Origin: an archaeon
GTDB lineage: Archaea; Nanobdellota; Nanobdellia; Pacearchaeales; GW2011-AR1
Assembly: GCA_043810865.1 (NCBI GenBank)
Contig: JBDRNS010000005.1
Coordinates: forward strand, 2,821 to 66,820
DNA length: 64,000 nt
Direction of reading: 5' to 3'
Made by a program: the position numbers and the translations under genes. This document shows positions 41,458 to 52,084 of this stretch, piece after piece; the stretch's first letter is position 1, and the number at the start of each line of letters is the position of its first letter. The notes beneath the pieces were generated by a model. That model was not told the origin of the DNA and did no database searches. It saw nothing but the letters and a program-made list of their open reading frames with translations.

Positions 41458-42246
41458 ATGATGCAAATAATTCCAATAAGTAAAAGCATAATACCTGCAT
41501 GTGATGTTCCAGATATAGATACTTATGAAAGAATTTTGAATGGCACAGCTGATAATCCTAGAGTGGGGGGGTATAAAATAGGATTCCAACTTGCACTAAA
41601 ATATGGGCTCCCATTAATTGCTTCTGAAACCAGGAATGTAACAGATAAGCCATTAATCTATGATCATCAAAAAGCAGGAACAGATATCCCTGATACAGGA
41701 AAAGGGTTTATGGATGTTGTTAAAAAATCTGGTTTTGATGCAGTGATATTATTCCCTCAATCAGGACCTGTAACTGAATATGAATGGATAAGGGCAGCGC
41801 AAGATGTTGGATTGGGAGTTATTGTTGGAGGGGAGATGACCCACCCAAGATTTTTAAGAACTGACTTACGTAATAGAGATTATACTCAAATTTTTGAAGA
41901 GCTTGGAATCGAAAGAGATTTATCTGGTTTTATGGGATTTACATCTCCTGACGATATATATGAGTTAGCGGCTAGAATGGGTGTAACTAATTTTGTTGTG
42001 CCTGGAAATAAACCAGATTCAATAAAACATTACAAGAGTTTAGTGGAAAGATTTGTTGAAAATCCAGTATTTTTTGCTCCGGGGCTTATTGAGCAAGGCG
42101 GAGAAATTACAGAGGCAGGAAAAGTTGCAGGTGAAAGATTCCATGCAATAGCTGGGAGAGGTATTTACTGGAACAAAAGAGAAAAGAGATATAATACTGC
42201 TGAAGAAGTTGAAGAAGTTGCTTTGGATTTAACAAGCAAACTTTAA
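41458..42246 (+). CDS. pyrF: orotidine-5'-phosphate decarboxylase
   Basis: IIPACD, GYKIG, YDHQKAGTDIPDT, APG..QGG, GRGIY. Confidence 0.88.
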   Translation: MMQIIPISKSIIPACDVPDIDTYERILNGTADNPRVGGYKIGFQLALKYGLPLIASETRNVTDKPLIYDHQKAGTDIPDTGKGFMDVVKKSGFDAVILFPQSGPVTEYEWIRAAQDVGLGVIVGGEMTHPRFLRTDLRNRDYTQIFEELGIERDLSGFMGFTSPDDIYELAARMGVTNFVVPGNKPDSIKHYKSLVERFVENPVFFAPGLIEQGGEITEAGKVAGERFHAIAGRGIYWNKREKRYNTAEEVEEVALDLTSKL

Positions 42247-42270
42247 AACATCTGCGATTTTCTTTTTTTA

Positions 42271-43098
42271 ATGTATCAAAAATATCTTGTTGTTGCGAGC
42301 AAACTTGACAAGGCAGGAATAAATATCACGACGCAGCTTTCGCAGTTTAGGGAAAATCCTGTTCTTTCAGGAATGAAAAAATCAGCTGGTTTTGATTTTT
42401 ATCTTGTTGATGAAGAAATTATTTACACAGAAAATCTTGATTTGGAGAAAATAAACAAGTATGATTTTGTGATTTTTGCTTCAAAGCATAAATCAAGAAA
42501 AGGAGAGAAGGCACTGACTGTTCACGCGCCGGGAAATTTTAGGAACAATGAACTTGGCGGAGAGAAGGGAAAAGTTTGCAGAAGTTCGGCTGTTTTTATG
42601 AAACAAATTTTTGAAAAATTGAAACAGAATGCGGATGAACATTCGCTGAAAGATTACAATGTTTTTATGGAAGCAACTCACCACGGGCCGCTGATTGATA
42701 AGCCGTGTGTTTTTATTGAAGTGGGAGGAACGGAAACAGAATGGAATGACAGGAGAGCATGTTTTGTCGTCGCTAAAACAATTTCAGACATAATCAATGA
42801 ATTCAGGGAAAATCCTTACAATGAAATCGCGATTGCAATTGGCGGAGGACATTATTGCCTGAATTTCAATAAAATTCAAATGAATTCGAATGTTGCGATT
42901 TCGCATGTAGTTCCAGATTATGTTTTTCCGTTGACAGAAGAAATGGTTAAGGAAGCGATTGCAAAAACCGAGGAAGAAGTTGATTTCTTTTTGCTTGACT
43001 GGAAAGGACTTGGAAATTCTGAGAAAAGAGAAGAAATAACTGATATTCTCAAGAAATTTTATTTGCAGTATAAGAAGACGAGCGAGGTTGGGAAGTGA
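42271..43098 (+). CDS. dtdA: D-aminoacyl-tRNA deacylase (DTD2)
   Basis: SKH, LTVHAPGN, EATHHGP, FIEVG, GGGHY. Confidence 0.93.
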   Translation: MYQKYLVVASKLDKAGINITTQLSQFRENPVLSGMKKSAGFDFYLVDEEIIYTENLDLEKINKYDFVIFASKHKSRKGEKALTVHAPGNFRNNELGGEKGKVCRSSAVFMKQIFEKLKQNADEHSLKDYNVFMEATHHGPLIDKPCVFIEVGGTETEWNDRRACFVVAKTISDIINEFRENPYNEIAIAIGGGHYCLNFNKIQMNSNVAISHVVPDYVFPLTEEMVKEAIAKTEEEVDFFLLDWKGLGNSEKREEITDILKKFYLQYKKTSEVGK

Positions 43099-43521
43099 TT
43101 AATTTCTAATTGCTATTTCTTCATGACGGTTTTCTATAATATAGATTTTTCTTGTTCTTTGTTTACCATTTCTTGTTCCGTTACTTATCTCATCTGTTCT
43201 AAAATGCAAAGAACCAAATTTTGGACCACCATTGCTGTAATTGACAAATCCTAAACCAAAAAGAGACGGAATTAATTCTTTTCCATATTCAACAGAGCCA
43301 ACAAAATTTGCATCTCTTAGTGCTTGCGCCATTGGTTTTAAACTTTTGAAAGTAACTCTTTCTCTTTTTCCTAATATTAAGTCCCTAAATACTCTTGCAC
43401 CTTCCTGTTGTCTTTGTTCTGTGTCATAATGATTTCCTGCTATCATGCCTCTGGCTTTTCCTAATCTGTAACATCCTTCGAAATGTGGCAACACTGCTTC
43501 TTCAAGTACTTCATAATTCAT
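43099..43521 (-). CDS. hypothetical protein (orphan)
   Basis: 140-aa ATG ORF with TTTAAAAA upstream. Confidence 0.6.
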   Translation of the reverse strand: MNYEVLEEAVLPHFEGCYRLGKARGMIAGNHYDTEQRQQEGARVFRDLILGKRERVTFKSLKPMAQALRDANFVGSVEYGKELIPSLFGLGFVNYSNGGPKFGSLHFRTDEISNGTRNGKQRTRKIYIIENRHEEIAIRN

Positions 43522-43570
43522 CTCATCTCCAAAAAATAATCCTTTTTAAATTTTTATCTTTTGAAGAATA

Positions 43571-45205
43571 CTATTTTATTTTTCTCAAATGCTCAAAACC
43601 CTCTTTTGCGACCAGCAAACCAAGAACAAACATTCCTAAAGAAATAACTGCAAGAATGTAATTTCCTGAAGAGAAATATCCTTCTGTTCTAAAAGTAAGA
43701 TAAAGAAGTGCAGACATCGTGGTCACTAAAACCAAAAGTGCAGGGATTACAATAAACTTGACTTTTATTTTCTTTGACAAAAAATAAGATGAAACAGCAA
43801 TCATTGTTATGGATGCAATTAATTGATTTGAAGTTCCGAAAAGTCGCCATAGTGCTTCGTAGGAATTTGTAACTGCCAAAAGCCATGCAGGAATAAGAAT
43901 TAAAATTGTTATCAGAATTTTATTTTTTCTTAACTTTGGCATCAGGGTTTCTGAAATTATGAATCTGCTCAAACGTGCAGAGGTGTCTACTGATGTTAAA
44001 ATAAACTGATTTACCATAAAGGCGCCGAGAAGAGATGCAATAGTTATTGTCAGGAACGGAATTCCAATACTGCCGACGATGTTTCCGTAGCCGGATGAAA
44101 ATAAAATTATCCAGCCCTTTCCCAGTTCTGTCTGGAAAGTTCCCTCGCCTATTCCCCACTTTAGCCCTGCAACAGCGACGAGCGTAACGAAAACAGCGAG
44201 AGTTCCTTCACCAATCATACTTCCGTAACCGACTGCTTTCCCATGGGACTCTTTTGCAAGTTGCTTGCTTGTTGTTCCACTTGCAACCAAACCGTGAAAT
44301 CCTGAAATCGCGCCGCATGCAACTGTTATGAATAAAATCGGCCACAAAGGAAAGACAGAATTGGAGATATACTGCGGCGCATTTATCAACGGGCGAACGA
44401 GCAAAATTCCCAAAATTCCAAGGAACAAAATTATTGACATTTGGATTGCACTTAGATAATCGCGAGGGCGAAGAAGAATCCAGACAGGAATTACAGAAGC
44501 AATGCCGGCATATAACAGAATAATTGTGATTAAAATATTTTTCAGCAAGACGGGATTAATAAAAGACAAGTCAACAGGGTATTTTACACCAATCCAAACA
44601 GAGGTAAAAATCAGGATAAGTGCTGCAGCAGAAGAAATTTTATAATTCCATTTGTATTTTTCAACTCCTACACCAAGAATAACTGCAAGAAGCGTTATTG
44701 TTGCCAGAGGAATTATCAAGTCCGGTTTGTAAATAATGCTGTCTGCTGTCGAGACGCTGAATACAGTTATAATTAAGATTAATGTTACGAGAATCATCAC
44801 TGCAAACAAAGTTCCTGCTCTTGAATTCAAACTTCTTTTCGCAATTTTTGAAACGCTTTCCGCCTTGTTTCTTACAGATGCAATCAGGGAAGTGTAGTCA
44901 TGCATTGCTCCGATGAAAACGCTCCCGATTCCCACCCAAAGAACGACGGGAAGCCAGCCGAAATAACTTACAGCTAAAATCGGGCCTATAATCGGACCTG
45001 CGCCGGCGATTGATGCGAAATGATGTCCTATCAAAAACGGTTTTTCTGCAGGAGAAAAATCAATATTGTCTCTTTTTGTCACGGCAGGTGTTTTATTTTT
45101 GTCGCTAATTTTCAGCCGTTTCTCTATAAATTTTCCGTAAATTCTGTAGCCGAGAAAAAACCACAAACCAACAATTAAAACAATCCAGACGGAATTCATA
45201 CTCAC
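43571..45205 (-). CDS. cstA: carbon starvation protein A family transporter
   Basis: GHHFASIAGAGPIIGP, RPRDYL, ACGAISGFH, FGTSNQL. Confidence 0.95.
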   Translation of the reverse strand: MSMNSVWIVLIVGLWFFLGYRIYGKFIEKRLKISDKNKTPAVTKRDNIDFSPAEKPFLIGHHFASIAGAGPIIGPILAVSYFGWLPVVLWVGIGSVFIGAMHDYTSLIASVRNKAESVSKIAKRSLNSRAGTLFAVMILVTLILIITVFSVSTADSIIYKPDLIIPLATITLLAVILGVGVEKYKWNYKISSAAALILIFTSVWIGVKYPVDLSFINPVLLKNILITIILLYAGIASVIPVWILLRPRDYLSAIQMSIILFLGILGILLVRPLINAPQYISNSVFPLWPILFITVACGAISGFHGLVASGTTSKQLAKESHGKAVGYGSMIGEGTLAVFVTLVAVAGLKWGIGEGTFQTELGKGWIILFSSGYGNIVGSIGIPFLTITIASLLGAFMVNQFILTSVDTSARLSRFIISETLMPKLRKNKILITILILIPAWLLAVTNSYEALWRLFGTSNQLIASITMIAVSSYFLSKKIKVKFIVIPALLVLVTTMSALLYLTFRTEGYFSSGNYILAVISLGMFVLGLLVAKEGFEHLRKIK

Positions 45206-45238
45206 CTCTGAAAGAAAAAAGAAGAAGAGTTTATATTT

Positions 45239-46039
45239 TTAACTAAAATACCTCACACCATTTCTGAAGATTTGCATGCCTAGATATTCTGACGGAATTT
45301 CTTTTCCTTCTCTTGTAAGTTGTTCTTTTAATAGTGTCCAATGAGGATGTTGTGTGAAATTAATTGCTCTTTCCGGATGAGGCATCATTCCAAGCAATCT
45401 CCCTGATTCGTCGGAAAGTGCGGCGATATCGTCAAGAGAACCATTTGGATTTGCAGGCAAATCTTCTGCTTTGCAAATTTCTCCGCGAGCATATCTTGCG
45501 GCAATCAAATTTTTTTCATTAACCATTTTTAAAGTTTCAGGAGTCGCATATAATTTTCCTTCCCCATGTGCAATCGGGAAACTTGCTTTTTCCAATCCGC
45601 GAGTCCAGACACTGTGATTTCCAAATCTCAAATCAACCCATCTTGCATTATATCTTGGGAAATCATTATCAACAAGTGCAACTTGTCTTTCTCCATAATT
45701 TTTGTTTTGAGCAGGAAGCAATCCTAAGTTTACCATTACCTGAAAGCCATTGCAAATTCCAAGAACAAGCTTGTCTTCTTCAATAAATTTAAGAAGTTCT
45801 TCCCACAAATGATTTTTAATTCTGTTTGCCAAAGCATTACCTGCTGCTGTGTCATCGCCGTATGAAAAACCTCCGGGAAATGCCATTATTTGGTAATCAG
45901 ATAACTTTCTATGTCCGTCGATTAAATCGTTAATGTGAATTAATTCTCCTTCTGCTCCTGCCTGCTTAAATGCAAATTTTGTTTCTTCATCACAATTGAT
46001 TCCATATCCTGTTAAGACCAATGCTCTTGGTTTTGCCAT
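45239..46039 (-). CDS. purQ: FGAM synthase glutaminase subunit
   Basis: GGFSYGDD, GICNGFQ, AHGEG, NPNGS, MMPHPER. Confidence 0.96.
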   Translation of the reverse strand: MAKPRALVLTGYGINCDEETKFAFKQAGAEGELIHINDLIDGHRKLSDYQIMAFPGGFSYGDDTAAGNALANRIKNHLWEELLKFIEEDKLVLGICNGFQVMVNLGLLPAQNKNYGERQVALVDNDFPRYNARWVDLRFGNHSVWTRGLEKASFPIAHGEGKLYATPETLKMVNEKNLIAARYARGEICKAEDLPANPNGSLDDIAALSDESGRLLGMMPHPERAINFTQHPHWTLLKEQLTREGKEIPSEYLGMQIFRNGVRYFS

Positions 46040-46040
46040 T

Positions 46041-49013
46041 TTAAAAATTTCTAAAAGTTGATTTATATGAATTTAACATGTGATTAAAGTTTGTGTCTAC
46101 AACTGTGTCTCCATTTTTTTCATTGACAATAAATCTGCAGTCCTTTCTTACAACACCGATTTTTGCAATGTAAGTTCCTTCCATTGCTTTTTCAAATTCA
46201 GAAACATATTCAGGATTTACTGTGACAACTAATCTTCCCTGGCTTTCTGAGAAGAGTGCGTAATCATTTCTGTTCTCTGAATTTTCCAATTCACTTAATG
46301 AAATTTCCATTCCTAATTTCCCCCCCATCGCTGTTTTTGCAAGAGCGATTCCTAATCCTCCTTTTTCAACACTTTGCGCAGAAGCGATTAATCCTCTGCT
46401 TAATGCCTGCGAGAATTTATTGTAAAGCATTCTGTTTTCTTCTGCGTTAACTACCGGAACATTATTTCCCACAAATCTTTCGCCTCTTATTTGTTCGCCC
46501 TGCATTGCAAAATATTCAGAGCCACCGAGTTCTCTTCTGTCTTTTCCTAAAACATAAACAATGTCTCCAGGCATTTTTGCATCAAGGGAAATTGCTTTTC
46601 TTACATCATCCATAACTGTAATTGAAGAAACAAGTAGCGTCGGTGGAATGGAAATTTTTACAGGATTTCCTTCTTCATCAAACCCCTTGAAATCATTGAA
46701 CATGCTGTCTTTTCCTGAAATAAAAGGAGTTTCAAATGCTACTGCAGTGTCATAGCATGCCTGAACAGCTCTTTTTAATTGCCATAATCTTTTTGCTTCA
46801 TCTGAACTGCACCAGCAGAAATTATCCAGCAAGGCAATGTTTTCTAATCTTGCACCGACGGAGACGGCATTTCTTACAGCAGTATCAATTGCGGCTGCCG
46901 CCATATTATATGTGTCAATATCTCCGTAACTTGGACATAATCCATGGGACAAAATAACTCCTTTGTTTGAATCAAGAACAGGGCGAACTATTGTTGCGTT
47001 TCCGTTTACTCTTCCTTTTCCCTGCAGTGGTTTCAGGACAGAGCCCCCCTGAACTTCGTGGTCATACTGTTGTGAAATAAATTCAGAGCTTGCAATATTT
47101 TCTCTTCCTAACATTGAGTGCAAAATTTCTGTCAGGTTTTTCGGCTGGGAAAATTCAGGTTCTTCATGAATTTGTTTTGTAAATGTTGTCTCCATAGGCC
47201 TTTGAGGCAGTCCATTGTGAAGAAAATCCATATCAAGATCCATTACTCTTTCACCTTCGTAATCAACAACACAATTTCCAGAGTCAGTAAATTCTCCAAT
47301 CACTGTTGCTTCAACCCCTCTCCTTTCCATTAAGTCCGAGAATTCATTCCATCTATTTTTTGGAACAGACAAAGTCATTCTTTCCTGTGATTCTGAAATC
47401 CAGGTTTCCCAAGGTTGTAATCCAGGATATTTGAGAGGAACTTTGCTTAAGTCAACATAACATCCTCCTGATTCTTTTGCCATTTCTGCAACAGAACATG
47501 ACAAACCTCCTGCACCATTATCTGTAATGCTGTTGTATAGTCCGAGATCTCTTGCTTCTTTTATAATCGCATCACTTAATTTTTTTTGAGTTATTGGGTC
47601 GCCGATTTGAACAGCTGTTGCAGGGCTTCCTGAGTCCATTGCTTCTGAAGAAAAAGTTGCTCCGTGTATTCCGTCTTTTCCGACTCTTCCTCCAACCATA
47701 ACCACGAGGTCTCCCGGCATTGCTCTTTTTTCGTATGAATTCCTTCCTGCGCTTTCTTTCGGCATTAAGCCCACTGTTCCGACGAAAACCAACGGCTTTC
47801 CCCTATATCTTTCATCAAAATAAGCAAAGCCCTGAGGGGTTGGGATTCCTGACTGATTTCCTCCCACATTAACACCCCTTACAACACCTTCAAGGATTCT
47901 TCTTGGGGAAAGCATTCTCTGGGTTTGATTTTCTCCTTTGTATAAAACTCTTTCATCATCGGGAAAACCAAAACAAAAACCATATACATTAATTACTGGT
48001 TTTGCCCCCAGTCCTGCACCGATTGCATCTCTGTTAACTCCGACGATTCCTGTAACAGAGCCGCCGAAAGGATCCAGAGCAGAAGGAGAGTTATGCGTTT
48101 CAACTTTGTGTGTGATATAATGTTCATTATCAAACTTAATTATCCCTGAGTTATCTGTAAAAACAGAAACACAGAAATCTTTTTCACCTTTTCTTCTTCT
48201 AATTTCTTCAGTGGCCCCTTTTATGAATGTGTTGAATAGTCCGTCGGTGAATTCGTCCATCGGGTTTGCAAAAATTGTGTGCTTACAATGCTCACTCCAT
48301 GTTTGCGCCAGAGCTTCCATTTCCAAATCTGTCGGGTTTCTTCCAAGCATTGCAAAATGATTTCTTATTGCATGTATAGAAGTTAAATCAAGAGCAAGAG
48401 GACCTCTTCGTGTTCCGTCGGGATTTGCAATTCCTTTTTTCCCGATTATTGCAAGTTCTTCGTCAGGTGCATGAAGAATGTCAACTAAATCAGCTCCTGG
48501 TTTTTCTAAAATCCTGACGCTTGGAACAATAACGTCCATTCCATCGTCGGCAGAGAACTCTGCATAACTTTTAACATGAATTCTTTGTATTAATGGATTT
48601 GCCAATGACCCTCCAACTCTTTTGGCATCTTCTTCTGTTAAATCGCCTGATAAAAAAGTTAATTGGGAAGTGTGAACAACTTGTCCGTCAAATTTTTTTC
48701 TTAATGCGTCACTAATTCCTTCTCTTGCAGTGTTTCCAACATTGTCTGTAACTCCCGGAAGAAGACCTGTTTCAACAGCGAAGCTGAATTCAGGTTTAAA
48801 CGAATTATCAACTCTTCCTTCCTGAAAAACAGGATTAGTTAACATACTTCTAACCTGTTCTAATTCTTTCCCTGTCAAATCATTTTCAACAGTGTAAACA
48901 TCAACTATTTTTACTCCTGTAATTCCAGAAAAACCAGCGGATTCAAGTTCTCTTTTTCTCGCGCTTGCTCTTGCATCAGATATTGTTCGCGCAACTCCTA
49001 TCCTGTGAGCCAT
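46041..49013 (-). CDS. purL: FGAM synthase PurL (with N-terminal PurS-like extension)
   Basis: QTWSEHCKH, ETHNSPS, DGIHGATFSS, DNGAGG, SESQERM, ISGKDS. Confidence 0.96.
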   Translation of the reverse strand: MAHRIGVARTISDARASARKRELESAGFSGITGVKIVDVYTVENDLTGKELEQVRSMLTNPVFQEGRVDNSFKPEFSFAVETGLLPGVTDNVGNTAREGISDALRKKFDGQVVHTSQLTFLSGDLTEEDAKRVGGSLANPLIQRIHVKSYAEFSADDGMDVIVPSVRILEKPGADLVDILHAPDEELAIIGKKGIANPDGTRRGPLALDLTSIHAIRNHFAMLGRNPTDLEMEALAQTWSEHCKHTIFANPMDEFTDGLFNTFIKGATEEIRRRKGEKDFCVSVFTDNSGIIKFDNEHYITHKVETHNSPSALDPFGGSVTGIVGVNRDAIGAGLGAKPVINVYGFCFGFPDDERVLYKGENQTQRMLSPRRILEGVVRGVNVGGNQSGIPTPQGFAYFDERYRGKPLVFVGTVGLMPKESAGRNSYEKRAMPGDLVVMVGGRVGKDGIHGATFSSEAMDSGSPATAVQIGDPITQKKLSDAIIKEARDLGLYNSITDNGAGGLSCSVAEMAKESGGCYVDLSKVPLKYPGLQPWETWISESQERMTLSVPKNRWNEFSDLMERRGVEATVIGEFTDSGNCVVDYEGERVMDLDMDFLHNGLPQRPMETTFTKQIHEEPEFSQPKNLTEILHSMLGRENIASSEFISQQYDHEVQGGSVLKPLQGKGRVNGNATIVRPVLDSNKGVILSHGLCPSYGDIDTYNMAAAAIDTAVRNAVSVGARLENIALLDNFCWCSSDEAKRLWQLKRAVQACYDTAVAFETPFISGKDSMFNDFKGFDEEGNPVKISIPPTLLVSSITVMDDVRKAISLDAKMPGDIVYVLGKDRRELGGSEYFAMQGEQIRGERFVGNNVPVVNAEENRMLYNKFSQALSRGLIASAQSVEKGGLGIALAKTAMGGKLGMEISLSELENSENRNDYALFSESQGRLVVTVNPEYVSEFEKAMEGTYIAKIGVVRKDCRFIVNEKNGDTVVDTNFNHMLNSYKSTFRNF

Positions 49014-49056
49014 TTGCTAAAAATAATAATTTCTTTTTAAGAATTATTGTGATGAA

Positions 49057-49178
49057 CGCCCCGACCAGGAATCGAACCTGGATGTCCAAAAGGACCGCGA
49101 GTTCAGTGCAGTTCTTAGAAGGTGCGGAACCTCGGTTCTGCGTTCGAGTCGCGTGCAGTACCATTGTGCCATCGGGGC
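49057..49178 (-). tRNA. tRNA-Ser(CGA) with 41-nt intron at 37/38 (49142-49102)
   Basis: acceptor GCCCCGA/TCGGGGC+G, anticodon stem CGCGA/TCGCG, loop CT-CGA-A, variable arm GTCCTTTTGGAC, T-arm CCAGG-TTCGATT-CCTGG. Confidence 0.92.
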
Positions 49179-49253
49179 TGAATATTTTAATAAAGGACAA
49201 TTTATAACTTTTATTACCAAAAAACTTATAAAAAACTTTACGATTGTTAATTT

Positions 49254-49862
49254 ATGGTTTTTGAACTTCCTCCCTTGGAATATCCGTATGAGTCACTTGA
49301 GCCGTATATAGATAAGGAAACAATGGTTATTCATCATGACAAACATCACAAAGCGTATGTTGACAAACTTAATGCGGCGATTGAAGGGCATGAAGAATTG
49401 CAGGACAAACCGATTGAAGAAATCCTGAAAAATATTAATTCTGTTTCAGAGCAAATCAGAACTGCTGTGAGAAATCACGGGGGAGGGCATTTTAATCATT
49501 CATTTTTTTGGACTTGTCTGAAAAAAGATGTCAAGCCAAATGGAGAAATCCTTGCTGCGATAATAAGAGATTTTGGAAGTTACGAACAATTCGCAGAACA
49601 ATTCAAAAATGCTGCTGTTACGCAGTTTGGAAGTGGTTGGGCTTGGCTTGTCTTAAATCCAGCGACGAGAAAACTTGAAATTATGCAAACACACGACCAA
49701 GAGTCGCCAATATCCTCGGGAAAAATTCCTTTGCTTGTCGTAGATGTCTGGGAGCATGCTTATTATTTAAAATACCAAAACCGGCGCCCGGAATATGTTG
49801 AGGCATTCATGAAGGTAATTAATTGGGAAAAGGTTGATGAGAATTTTGTTAAATCTATATGA
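49254..49862 (+). CDS. sod: Fe/Mn superoxide dismutase
   Basis: HHDKHH, NHSFFW, FGSGWAWL, DVWEHAYY. Confidence 0.97.
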   Translation: MVFELPPLEYPYESLEPYIDKETMVIHHDKHHKAYVDKLNAAIEGHEELQDKPIEEILKNINSVSEQIRTAVRNHGGGHFNHSFFWTCLKKDVKPNGEILAAIIRDFGSYEQFAEQFKNAAVTQFGSGWAWLVLNPATRKLEIMQTHDQESPISSGKIPLLVVDVWEHAYYLKYQNRRPEYVEAFMKVINWEKVDENFVKSI

Positions 49863-49866
49863 TAAA

Positions 49867-50085
49867 ATGCAAAAACAATTAATCACGAAAAATACAAACT
49901 TAATGGAACTCGTTGAAAAATATCCAGAGGTTGTTGAAATTTTAATGGGTTATGGTTTGCATTGTGTCACATGCACTTTTTCGCAGTTTGACAGTTTGGA
50001 AAATGGAGCGAAATTGCACGGAATGTCAAAAGATGACTTTGAAATGATGCTGAAGGATTTGAATAAATTGATTAAGGATTATTAA
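49867..50085 (+). CDS. DUF1858 (hybrid-cluster-associated redox disulfide) protein
   Basis: YP..VEIL..YGLHCVTC...SLENGAKLHG. Confidence 0.88.
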   Translation: MQKQLITKNTNLMELVEKYPEVVEILMGYGLHCVTCTFSQFDSLENGAKLHGMSKDDFEMMLKDLNKLIKDY

Positions 50086-50332
50086 TTGGGGGTTTGGGAT
50101 AGTGGGGCATTTCAAGCTCTCCTGTTTCAGGATTTAATCGTGCAGTTTTTTTACAATAGTCACCTAATTCAGGATCGTTTCTTGCTGCGGATCTTCTGCT
50201 ACAGTAATCACGGAGTTGTATGTGATATTCAATTACAGATGTTAAACCTTGATTTTTGGGAGCATAATTTGTCACACATCCTGCCATTAAAAGTGCAAGT
50301 CCCACCAAACCTAATTTTGTTCTTGTTTTCAT
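50072..50332 (-). CDS. putative lipoprotein (orphan)
   Basis: MKTRTK + hydrophobic + LMAGC lipobox. Confidence 0.65.
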   Translation of the reverse strand: MKTRTKLGLVGLALLMAGCVTNYAPKNQGLTSVIEYHIQLRDYCSRRSAARNDPELGDYCKKTARLNPETGELEMPHYPKPPINNP

Positions 50333-50486
50333 TTTATTTTCCTGATTTTGTTATTTTTAAGAATTTATATGGTAAAAATTTGAATGAATTTATCAGAGAG
50401 ATTTAAGATTAGTAAAACATAAATGAACACAATAAAACTTTTAAATGTCTGTTTTTACTCATAAAAGCTAATTAGTAAAAAGTAAA

Positions 50487-50828
50487 ATGGATATAGTAAT
50501 AAAACCACAATATGATATTTTAGATACGATAAAAGATGCTTATGCTACTTTTAGTGATGTTGTTATGTCTTACGCTATAGGACTACAAATGGCGGCACAA
50601 GATGTCAAGAATGTTGTCAAGCCAGTGGGGCTTGCATTAATACTTGTATCATCTTTTGCATTTGGAGGTTGCCCTTCTGGAAATAGTGTGGATTATCAGA
50701 GGTCGCAAGTCAGACAGGAAGAGCAGGGCCCTAATAGAGTTAATATACCTTCTACATACCAACTACCAATTACAGATGGTATCGGTGGAGATTCATGCAG
50801 CGGATGTCTTCCTCCTGCTCGGAAGTGA
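50487..50828 (+). CDS. hypothetical membrane/lipoprotein-like orphan
   Basis: internal hydrophobic stretch ending FGGC. Confidence 0.55.
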   Translation: MDIVIKPQYDILDTIKDAYATFSDVVMSYAIGLQMAAQDVKNVVKPVGLALILVSSFAFGGCPSGNSVDYQRSQVRQEEQGPNRVNIPSTYQLPITDGIGGDSCSGCLPPARK

Positions 50829-50866
50829 TTAAATTTATTCTTCTTTAATTTAATCTTTACCTAAAG

Positions 50867-51019
50867 TTTGCCTCACTCGTAAACTCGTTCGGGATTGATA
50901 AAAAATTTAATAAAAAAAGATTTTTTAGCGGTGAGATTAGAAGTGCAGGTAATTGATTAACATTTATTCGGAGTTTTTTTATTAACAATTTACTTCAATC
51001 GTGAGCAGAGCGAACGCAA
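50867..51019 (+). repeat. dispersed repeat element, copy I
   Basis: TTTGCCTCACTCGTAAACTCGTTCGGGATTGATAA, AAGATTTTTTAGC..TTAGAAGTGC, right TCAATCGTGAGCAGAGCGAACGCAA. Confidence 0.8.
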
Positions 51020-51048
51020 AGTTTTTTAACAAGTTGAAAAATTAAAAA

Positions 51049-52035
51049 TCAAATAATCCCTTCTTTCAAGATATCATTCCAGCTTTTTACATCCAAAGCC
51101 ACGAGAGCTTCTTTAAATGTCAGAATTGGTTTGTTGTATTTTGCATAATCATCAAGTGCAATTCGCGGGCAGGCGAGCTCTATGAATGCGTCAATTTTGT
51201 AAAAGTTCATAATTTTGTCAGGTGTGAGTTCAGACATTGTAATTAAGATTGGTTTTTTATTTTTTTCTTTTAACTTGTCAAGCAGATATTTAGGATTTCC
51301 AAATTTTTGCCCTGGTTTTATTTCAACAATTATTCCAACTGTTTTTGCATCTTTTAATTTTTGGATTGAGATTGCCCTTTGCTTCAGAATTTTTTCTCTT
51401 AAACCAGCCATGCTTCTGACATTGTCATTGTAAACATCAACCAAAATAACTGGTTTTTCAACTGAGAGAACAGCGCCCATTGAATGAAATTGATTTCCTA
51501 TAATTACAAAGCAATCAACGTTTTTTTCAATTGCTTTCAAGCCGAGATACTGGCAGCCGACAATGTGCCCTTCATATTCCACAAGTCCGAGTTTTTTTGA
51601 CAGCAAGACATTTTTCCCATTTTGTTCATAAAATGATTTTATTTTTTCCACATCATGTTTGTGCTGAATTGAGTAACTTAATCCAAGAGTTTTGAATTCT
51701 TTTAATTCATTAAGAGATTTTTTCAAGATTGGTTCAAGGTTAAGTTCATCTTTTACTTCAATGTAGAGAACAGGAAAATTAACATGAACAAATTCTGCGT
51801 GTCCGAAATGAACAATCAAATCAACTCCCAAGTCCTTGGCTTCCTGAACAGCGACGCTGCACGCGCCCCAGGATGTTTCTCCTGAAAAGATAACTTCTAT
51901 TCTGAGTTTTTCAATTGTGTTTGCAATTTCTTCTGCATTTTGCTTTATTCCCTCTGCTAACTGAACAAGAACTTTTTTTGGTTTTCTTTTTTTAAGCTCT
52001 GATACGAGTTTTGGGATTTCAAAGTTGAGAGGCAT
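51049..52035 (-). CDS. dph2: diphthamide biosynthesis radical SAM enzyme
   Basis: QLAEG, WGAC, HFGH, GHIVGC, KPGQ, ACPR. Confidence 0.93.
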   Translation of the reverse strand: MPLNFEIPKLVSELKKRKPKKVLVQLAEGIKQNAEEIANTIEKLRIEVIFSGETSWGACSVAVQEAKDLGVDLIVHFGHAEFVHVNFPVLYIEVKDELNLEPILKKSLNELKEFKTLGLSYSIQHKHDVEKIKSFYEQNGKNVLLSKKLGLVEYEGHIVGCQYLGLKAIEKNVDCFVIIGNQFHSMGAVLSVEKPVILVDVYNDNVRSMAGLREKILKQRAISIQKLKDAKTVGIIVEIKPGQKFGNPKYLLDKLKEKNKKPILITMSELTPDKIMNFYKIDAFIELACPRIALDDYAKYNKPILTFKEALVALDVKSWNDILKEGII

Positions 52036-52084
52036 AGTATTTTATCTTCAATATATTTTTAAAGTGTTTGCTTTAGTTTGATTT

